DNA of 32,000 bases, taken from contig NZ_SODD01000003.1 in the NCBI RefSeq assembly GCF_004365815.1, forward strand, positions 1 through 32,000, given 5' to 3'. The translations under genes and the position numbers were made by a program. Below are positions 16,199-22,767 of the stretch, piece by piece. Every line of letters starts with the position of its first letter. Position 1 is the stretch's first letter. The notes below the pieces were generated by a model. That model did no database searches and was not told the origin of the DNA. It worked only from the letters and a program-made list of their open reading frames with translations. This DNA is from Breznakia blatticola. Lineage in GTDB: Bacteria > Bacillota_I > Bacilli_A > Erysipelotrichales > Erysipelotrichaceae.

Positions 16199-17713
16199 TT
16201 AAGGTAAGCGAATGAATACAGGTCCTGAACCTAAGTATGCACTTGCGATTGCAGTAGTTCCCATGTATCCACCATGGATTGCTTGTCCACCACCAATGTA
16301 TACAGCGATGTGTGGTACTCCAGCTCCAGCGTTATCGTAGTAAATTAAATCACCAGGTTGTGCTTGGCTAGCAGGAACGATTGTTCCTAAGCTCATGTAT
16401 CCAGCTGGCCATCCGTGGTAGTAAATACCAACAGCAGCCAATGCATTTGTTACTAACATTGTACAGTCTTGGTTAACACCTAATTGAGCGTATGCAGCAG
16501 CAACGATTGAGTTACCACTTACTGAATCAGGTACGTCAACTGAAGATCCATTGTCTGCAGCTACTTGAGAGTTTCTTGCGTTTTCTTCTTCTAATGCAAG
16601 TGCTTCTCTTTCGGCTTCACGTTCTTCTTCTAATTCTGCTTCACGTCTTTCTTCAGCAGCTTCTTCATCTTCACTTACAGTTACAACTAATTGTGCTTCT
16701 GCTTTGTTTCCATTAGCATCAACTGCTGTATATGTGAATGTATAATCTCCGTCGATGTATAATCCATCTTCGTTTTCTTCGATTTCTCCATTTACTGTGT
16801 AGTTCACTACTTCGTCGTAGTTATCAAATACACCTGTTACATATGCTTGAGGATCAAAGTCTCCTGTATCAAGTACATCTACATGTGTTTCTGATAAAGC
16901 AATTACTGGTGCTTGTGTATCTACATATTTCACATTTACTAAGTATGAGTTAACTGCAAATACATCATCAGCGATTACTGGTTTGTCGTTGTTTAGTTCT
17001 ACTTTATTTACACTGTCACTTGCATAAGCTTCTTTTGATTGAATCTTAATTGCTACAGTATCTTCTCTTAATTCTTTTGTTGGGATACGATCCAATTTCA
17101 CTACGTAGTTACCAATTTCATATCCTTGGCTTCCATCATTAAGTGTAATTGCTTTTGCATCGTATACGTTACTTTCATTTCTTGAAATGATTTCTTTAGC
17201 AACATCAATGATTGCACTGTCATCACCATAGTTCACTTTGATTGCTTTTTCATTTAATGGAGTAGCAACTTCTACTTTACGAAGAACAGTTGCTGCATCA
17301 ACTTGTGAGCGTCCTAGTCCAGTAAATGTAAATGTTACTGCAAATACTAAAGCAGCAGTAGTTGTTGTTAATACAAAGTGTTGAAAGTTGAAGTGTACTT
17401 TACCAAAACGGTTTTCAATTGTAGATAAAGCAACGTTTGCTTTATTTGCAATTGAAGTACACGTAGTTTTCGTTTGTTTGATAACTACTGGATAGATTTC
17501 TGTAAATGCTGCATCTGCTTTTACAATTGCTTGACTTGATAAAGCCATTGCTAATTCTAATAGTTCTGCACCAGCTACACTAGCTTTGATTTTACATGTA
17601 TTTGCCCATGTTCCAGCAACTTTTAATCCTACTTTAAAGTTGCTCATTAAAATTGTGTTTAATTCTTTGAGTTTTCGTGTCCCTAGTACGAAAGTTTTCT
17701 TGATTGAATTCAT
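16199..17713 (-). CDS. Membrane-anchored cell-wall hydrolase: N-terminal cytoplasmic segment, single TM, Ig-like (DUF5011-type) domain, E/R-rich linker, C-terminal NlpC/P60 (C40) peptidase
   Basis: 504-aa ORF. The C-terminus has the catalytic Cys context (GVNQDCTMLV) and the His context (PGDLIYY...HIAVYIGGGQAIHGG). The TM segment FVLTTTTAALVFAVTFTFTGLG begins at about residue 112. The Ig-like block is DTQAPVI...YTFTYTAVDANGNKAEAQLVVTV. GAGGGGTGA RBS. Confidence 0.85.
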   Translation of the reverse strand: MNSIKKTFVLGTRKLKELNTILMSNFKVGLKVAGTWANTCKIKASVAGAELLELAMALSSQAIVKADAAFTEIYPVVIKQTKTTCTSIANKANVALSTIENRFGKVHFNFQHFVLTTTTAALVFAVTFTFTGLGRSQVDAATVLRKVEVATPLNEKAIKVNYGDDSAIIDVAKEIISRNESNVYDAKAITLNDGSQGYEIGNYVVKLDRIPTKELREDTVAIKIQSKEAYASDSVNKVELNNDKPVIADDVFAVNSYLVNVKYVDTQAPVIALSETHVDVLDTGDFDPQAYVTGVFDNYDEVVNYTVNGEIEENEDGLYIDGDYTFTYTAVDANGNKAEAQLVVTVSEDEEAAEERREAELEEEREAEREALALEEENARNSQVAADNGSSVDVPDSVSGNSIVAAAYAQLGVNQDCTMLVTNALAAVGIYYHGWPAGYMSLGTIVPASQAQPGDLIYYDNAGAGVPHIAVYIGGGQAIHGGYMGTTAIASAYLGSGPVFIRLP

Positions 17714-18246
17714 TCGGTCACCCCTCAGTGTTTATTCATTTTCTACATAACAAAATCATATAGATTTTTACAAGTTTGATGATACCATAGTGAAAGCCCT
17801 TACACAATCAAATCCCAAATTTTCACATAAATATATTTGTGTTTTTTCTATTAAGGGTCAAATGATAAAAAAACGCAGCATTCATCACATTTTATTACAT
17901 ATTGAACTTCTAAAAAACAACGTTTTTTTATACTGTTTTTATAATAAAACTATCATGATTGTGGGTGAAAATACACAATATTTATTCACGATTTATAACC
18001 ACTTTATTTCTTAAGTAAGTAGTTTTTCTTTTTCTATCGAAAAAATCGACATTGCGATGAATTCTATCATGTAAAGTCGATCTTTATTCCTTACTTCTTA
18101 TGTACTTTATTAATGAATAGATACAGTCTAACTTCACAGTTTCGATACTTAAATTTCTATAACTACATTACTTACTCCATGAACTAAGTCTACTTCTACT
18201 TTTTGTATCATTACATCTACATCGAAAACTATATGAACTTATTTTA

Positions 18247-19911
18247 TTAGTCTTCATACTGAAGTGCATCAACGCCTTGTTCTCCTGTACGAATCTTAAT
18301 TGCATCAAGTACATCATATACAAATATTTTCCCATCCCCGATATTTCCGGTATATAATACACGTTTTGCTGTATCTACTACAAGCGTAACTGGCACCTTA
18401 GCAACAACTACCTCACATTTTATTTTCGGTAATAGCTCTGTATCAACCTTAGCACCACGATAATATTCCGTTTGTCCTTTTTGTGTTCCACATCCAAGCA
18501 CTTTTGTCACGGTTAATCCCATGACTCCAATTGCACTAAGCGCTTCTTTTAAGTTTTCAAAGCACTCTGGACGACATACAATGACCACTTTATATATGCC
18601 ACTTGTTATCGATGTTTCTTTTTCCATATACAGTGGAGTATATTCATATACATCACCTAATTGTTCTGTTGGTGTTGTATCATCAAAACTAAAACCCGCA
18701 TATGAAGAAACAAGTCCGTGTTCTTCAATATCAAGACCAACAAGTTCTTCTTGCCTTGTTACTCGTAAACCTATAGTTTTCTTTATAACCATAAAAGCAA
18801 TTGTCATGGTTACTGTAACCCATAGCATCACACTCCCCACTCCAATACATTGCGTGATAAAGAAATCCATTCCATGACCATAAAACAAACCACCATCAAC
18901 AGCAAGCAGTCCTGTCATTAGTGTTCCAAGTGCACCACAACCTCCATGTACAGCAATTGCACCAACAGGATCATCAATATGTGCAATATTATCCATGAAC
19001 CAAACAACAAATAACATCACTAGCCCTGCACAACATCCAATAATAGCAGCACCAAATGGATCTACTACATCGCATCCTGCAGTAATTGCTACAAGTCCAG
19101 CAAGAGAGCCATTTAATGTCATTGACACATCTGGCTTTTCATATTTTATCCAAGTAAATAGCATAACTACAACCGTTGCACTTGCAGCAGCTAAGTTTGT
19201 ATTCACAAAAATATTACCTGCACTCACCATTGATTCTGAACTGCTTAACGATAATGTTGAAGTACCATTAAATCCAAACCAACAAAACCACAGAATGAAC
19301 ACACCAAGTGCTCCAAGGGTTAATGAATGACCCGGAATTGCTTTTACACTTCCATCTTTTCCATATTTCCCAATGCGTGGTCCAAGAATTTTAGCACCAA
19401 CTAAAGCGGCAACTCCACCAACTAAGTGCACAGCAGTCGATCCTGCAAAATCATGAAAGCCTTGTTGTGCTAGCCATCCGCCACCCCAAATCCAGTGACC
19501 TGAGATTGGATATACAATCATACTAATAATTATTGAATACACACAGTAACTAGAAAACTTTGTACGTTCTGCCATAGCTCCAGAAACAATCGTAGCTGCG
19601 GTTGCACAAAACACGGTTTGAAATATCACAAATACATAAGTTGGGATATTGCTATCATAATTCCCTTGAATAAAGAAATCGAATGAACCAACCAATCCTC
19701 CTATGTCTTCTCCTTGCATCAAACCAAAACCAATAATCCAAAAGACAATCGTTCCTAATGCGAAGTCCATTAGGTTCTTCATAATAATGTTTCCCGCATT
19801 TTTTGCCCTAGTGAATCCTGTTTCTACCATCGCAAATCCAGCCTGCATAAAAAATACAAGTGTTGCCCCCAATAATACCCATAACGTATCAATACCAGAA
19901 AATGAACCCAT
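18247..19911 (-). CDS. Ammonium transporter (Amt/AmtB) fused to a C-terminal P-II (GlnB/GlnK-like) signalling domain
   Basis: The Amt core is clear (FFMQAGFAMVETGF, AGSTAVHLVGGVAALVGA, FGFNG, AVHGGCGALG). The last ~115 aa (18250..18594) read as P-II with the T-loop GTQKGQTEYYRGAKV and GDGKIFVYDV...IRTGE. I place the start at ATG 19911 (MGSFSG...), which has an AGGGAGG RBS 7 nt upstream. The 18 extra N-terminal codons in the ORF track are probably not translated. Confidence 0.92.
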   Translation of the reverse strand: MGSFSGIDTLWVLLGATLVFFMQAGFAMVETGFTRAKNAGNIIMKNLMDFALGTIVFWIIGFGLMQGEDIGGLVGSFDFFIQGNYDSNIPTYVFVIFQTVFCATAATIVSGAMAERTKFSSYCVYSIIISMIVYPISGHWIWGGGWLAQQGFHDFAGSTAVHLVGGVAALVGAKILGPRIGKYGKDGSVKAIPGHSLTLGALGVFILWFCWFGFNGTSTLSLSSSESMVSAGNIFVNTNLAAASATVVVMLFTWIKYEKPDVSMTLNGSLAGLVAITAGCDVVDPFGAAIIGCCAGLVMLFVVWFMDNIAHIDDPVGAIAVHGGCGALGTLMTGLLAVDGGLFYGHGMDFFITQCIGVGSVMLWVTVTMTIAFMVIKKTIGLRVTRQEELVGLDIEEHGLVSSYAGFSFDDTTPTEQLGDVYEYTPLYMEKETSITSGIYKVVIVCRPECFENLKEALSAIGVMGLTVTKVLGCGTQKGQTEYYRGAKVDTELLPKIKCEVVVAKVPVTLVVDTAKRVLYTGNIGDGKIFVYDVLDAIKIRTGEQGVDALQYED

Positions 19912-19978
19912 ATACATACCTCCCTTATAACAAAAAAAGATGCATACTTTATAAAAAGTACACACCTTTGTGTCGGTT

Positions 19979-20048
19979 CAAACACAAGCAAAAACACAAA
20001 AGAGGCCTTGTAAGTTTTTTGCTTACAAAGCCTCTTTGCTTATGTTTG
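19979..20048 (-). terminator. Compound hairpin: intrinsic-terminator core (20002..20034 plus U-run) enclosed by a 14-bp outer helix (19979..19992 / 20035..20048)
   Basis: Minus-sense inner stem GAGGCUUUGUAAG/CUUACAAGGCCUC followed by UUUUGUGUUUUUG. Outer arms are CAAACAUAAGCAAA / UUUGCUUGUGUUUG. Each helix has exactly one imperfection, which is G.U in minus-sense RNA and C.A in plus sense. Confidence 0.7.
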
Positions 20049-20092
20049 TACTTAGTTTACGCTTATCTAAAGTGCTTGTCAACCACTTTTTT

Positions 20093-21628
20093 TTACTTGC
20101 TCTTGCTAGCGTATGTTTCCACAAAATTTTCTACAAGTGCTTCTGCATCTAGTGGACATGTCGTATGTCCAAGTATGAATTCTTTGCGTTTTTCACCATG
20201 ATATTCACTACCTGCACTGACTGCACAATTGTATTTTTTAACCAATTTCAGTAAGTATTTTACATCATTCTTACTTTGTCTAGGTGTGAACACTTCAAGT
20301 CCATCAACTCCAGACTCTAGTAGTTCACTAATATATTCAGGTTCATCTTTTAAATACACCATTGGATCTTCTAACATAACAACTCCACCAGTAGCCTTTA
20401 CCAAAGAAATCATATCTTCTACTTTTGGATGTGCAACTGGGCAATATGCAACTGCTCCAGGTGCAAAGAAATCCTGTACGAAATTCGCAATTGGACGATT
20501 TCGTTTATTTCCAGTTAAATATGGTGCGATCAATTGATGATCTTTATAATTTACATTATTTAGTACATAACGAGCAATTAGTTCTGGTGAAGCAAGTTGG
20601 AAACGATTGCCTTTCAGTAATTGTTCGGTATCGATTTCTATACCTGTAAACTCTTCAAAGAGTTTTACACGACGCATACTACTCGCTTTTTCTTTCATTA
20701 AATTTTCATGTTCCAATGTCACAAAACGTTCATCAGAAGGATCAATAAAATAACCCAAGATACGCATATGCATATCTTTATAACTACAATCGATAGAAAT
20801 TCCAGGAATGTAGTTAATCTCATATAAAGGTGCTAAACGCAACGCAGATAAGTTTGCTTTTGCACTATTGTGATCTGTAATCGACAGTGTATGTACACCG
20901 GCTTTTTTTGCTTGTTTAAATAGATCTTCAACATTGTATTCTCCATCATGAGAGAATGTAGAAATCAGATGTAAATCAATCGTATTTTCTGCCTTTGGTG
21001 TTTCTTTAGCTGCTGGTTTTTCAACAACAATATCTTCACGACGGACTGCATCATTTAAACAAACGACTTTTGTTTTCAAGATAAAGTCGATAATACTACG
21101 ATGGCGTCCATCAATAAAGACAAGTAAGCCATCAAGTACTAAAAATGCAAGTATTCCTAATATTCCATTTGTGAATAATGAAAATAACCCATAAAAGGCA
21201 AACATTGGTAACGTTTTACCGAATGCTTCACGAACGAATAATTTCTTTCTTGAACATTCACTTCCATCGCTATTTACTACTTTTAAACGCATTGCAATTT
21301 TACCAAAACTTTGACCTTTAAACATAATTGTCAAATACGTGTTTGCACCAATTGCAAATATTACAATCAAAATGACGGTAACAATAGCCGCAAAATTCAA
21401 TAAACTTACACTGATAAAACCACTACTTGTAAGTATAAAAACAACAAGCCATAAAATGACTGGAAGTAACATAAAGGCAATATCACCCAATTCCGCAATA
21501 AAGCGCATCCATAAATTCTTACGCGTGAAATTTTGTGCCATATATCGCCCATAACGATCATAGTCACTTGAGCGTTGCTTCATGCGTTTTTGTAGGGTTT
21601 CCTTTTTTCCTTGCATCGAATTTGTCAT
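20093..21628 (-). CDS. Membrane protein fusing an N-terminal RDD-family domain to a C-terminal PHP (TrpH/YciV-like) phosphoesterase domain
   Basis: 511-aa ORF. Residues ~38-190 are 3-4 TM helices with RDD-type features (WMRFIAELGD, GQSFGKIAMRLKVVNSDG, LVFIDGRHRS). Residues ~215-500 carry PHP motifs (IDLHLISTFSHDG, LSITDHNS, LEVFTP, SAGSEYHG). A GGAGG RBS overlaps the upstream stop. Confidence 0.8.
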   Translation of the reverse strand: MTNSMQGKKETLQKRMKQRSSDYDRYGRYMAQNFTRKNLWMRFIAELGDIAFMLLPVILWLVVFILTSSGFISVSLLNFAAIVTVILIVIFAIGANTYLTIMFKGQSFGKIAMRLKVVNSDGSECSRKKLFVREAFGKTLPMFAFYGLFSLFTNGILGILAFLVLDGLLVFIDGRHRSIIDFILKTKVVCLNDAVRREDIVVEKPAAKETPKAENTIDLHLISTFSHDGEYNVEDLFKQAKKAGVHTLSITDHNSAKANLSALRLAPLYEINYIPGISIDCSYKDMHMRILGYFIDPSDERFVTLEHENLMKEKASSMRRVKLFEEFTGIEIDTEQLLKGNRFQLASPELIARYVLNNVNYKDHQLIAPYLTGNKRNRPIANFVQDFFAPGAVAYCPVAHPKVEDMISLVKATGGVVMLEDPMVYLKDEPEYISELLESGVDGLEVFTPRQSKNDVKYLLKLVKKYNCAVSAGSEYHGEKRKEFILGHTTCPLDAEALVENFVETYASKSK

Positions 21629-21636
21629 AGATCCTC

Positions 21637-21948
21637 CTATCCCTTTTTACGCAATTGATAGCATAAAAAGTGGAAATAAAAACCAAGGTAGCACAAGATT
21701 CGATACATGATCCCTGCACTTCCTAATATAATGATCATCTTTAGAAATATATCATCTGTTTTTAATATATTAATTGAAATAAACATGGCGAATATAACAC
21801 TCACAAAAGGAAAAAGAATATACCAACGCCAAGCTTCGCTTTTTAGTTCATACTCTGCGCGACAATGCTCACAACGAATATGGGCAAACATAATTTTTTT
21901 CTTCGTTTGTATTTCCTTTTGACATACTTCACATGTTTGTATTTTCAT
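21637..21948 (-). CDS. Small Zn-ribbon membrane protein (N-terminal CxxC-N16-CxxC, two or three TM helices)
   Basis: 103-aa ORF starting MKIQTCEVCQ...IRCEHCRAEY followed by hydrophobic helices. GGAGAA RBS. Its stop lies 8 nt upstream of the RDD-PHP start. It resembles the Firmicute CXXC-spacer-CXXC putative zinc-finger membrane family. Confidence 0.65.
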   Translation of the reverse strand: MKIQTCEVCQKEIQTKKKIMFAHIRCEHCRAEYELKSEAWRWYILFPFVSVIFAMFISINILKTDDIFLKMIIILGSAGIMYRILCYLGFYFHFLCYQLRKKG

Positions 21949-21984
21949 AAGTTCTCCATAATTATAGCATGTATAGGCAAAAAG

Positions 21985-22755
21985 CTATAGTTTGAAAAAA
22001 TGCTTGTAGTTTTCTTGCATTTGATCCGCTAATACGTTTGGATCAATATCTAGTAGTTCTACTAATTTTGCAAACGTATAACTTGCATACATCGGTTCAT
22101 TTTCTTTTCCACGAAATGGATGTGGAGTCAAAAATGGACAATCGGTTTCAATAAACATTCGATCGATTGGCACAACTGCAGGCACCTCTAATAAACCACG
22201 TGCATTTTTGAATGTAAGTGGTCCAGCAAACGAAATATATCCGCCCATTTTCATCACGATTTCTGCAGTTTCTTTACTACCACTAAAACAGTGCATCAAA
22301 AACTTCGTCTTGCAGTGTGCTGCAAGTATATCCAATGTATCTTTTGTTGCATCACGCATATGAATTAAAATCGGATAATCATATGTATTGGCTAATTCAA
22401 TTTGTTTCATAAATAATTCTTTTTGCATTTCAATATCTGTACCATCATAGTGATAATCTAATCCAATTTCACCAATTGCGATAATTTCATGATTTTGACA
22501 TGCTTGTTCTAAACGCTGCAGATCCGATTCTTTAATATCAAATAAATCACTAGGATGAAAGCCTAGGGCTATATCTATCATATCAGTATATTTTGCTTGT
22601 AAAGTTAATGCGCGTTCAAACTCAACAACGCTTGTACAAATACAAACGATTTTATTAAAATGAGCATCTTTAGCATGTTGTATAATTTCATCAACTCTTT
22701 CATATAGTCGATCAAATGTAAGATGTGCATGTGTATCAATTAACGAATAATCCAT
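21985..22755 (-). CDS. tatD: TatD-family metal-dependent hydrolase/DNase (YabD-like)
   Basis: 256-aa ORF with N-terminal IDTHAHL and the motifs GEIGLDY, IHMRDA, HCFSG and ETDCPFL. AGGAG RBS 12 nt after the mnmE stop. Confidence 0.92.
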   Translation of the reverse strand: MDYSLIDTHAHLTFDRLYERVDEIIQHAKDAHFNKIVCICTSVVEFERALTLQAKYTDMIDIALGFHPSDLFDIKESDLQRLEQACQNHEIIAIGEIGLDYHYDGTDIEMQKELFMKQIELANTYDYPILIHMRDATKDTLDILAAHCKTKFLMHCFSGSKETAEIVMKMGGYISFAGPLTFKNARGLLEVPAVVPIDRMFIETDCPFLTPHPFRGKENEPMYASYTFAKLVELLDIDPNVLADQMQENYKHFFKL

Positions 22756-22767
22756 ATATACTCCTAC

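Noticed and set aside
16560-16700. Repetitive GAA/GAG/CGT-rich stretch that looks like a tandem DNA repeat.
   Set aside because: It is the in-frame coding sequence of the E/R/A-rich linker (EEAAEERREAELEEEREAEREALALEEE) of the NlpC/P60 protein. This is low-complexity codon repetition. It is not a CRISPR array or a satellite, because there are no unit repeats with unique spacers.
17790-18014. 74-aa plus-strand ORF in the long amt/NlpC-P60 spacer.
   Set aside because: It has a non-ATG start and no proper SD. The internal ATG has AAGGG only 4 nt away. The composition is rich in Ile, Leu, Asn, His and Phe, typical of translated AT-rich non-coding DNA, and I recognise no motif.
17714-18100. c-di-AMP (ydaO-type) riboswitch or WalR direct repeats upstream of the cell-wall hydrolase gene.
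   Set aside because: I saw no GC-containing conserved cores or pseudo-symmetric helices of the ydaO class, and no TGTWAH-N5-TGTWAH pair on either strand. This needs an Infernal scan for certainty.
19969-19986. TGTGT-cggttcaa-ACACA resembling a tRNA T-arm (GGTTCAA loop).
   Set aside because: The loop is 8 nt rather than 7. There is no flanking acceptor, D or anticodon arm complementarity and no CCA context, so this is not a tRNA or tRNA remnant.
19960-19987. TnrA/GlnR box (TGTNA-N7-TNACA) upstream of amt.
   Set aside because: TGT and ACA triplets are present, but no register gives the required 17-bp spacing or the conserved A/T at positions 5 and 13. It is reported instead as a non-canonical repeat set.
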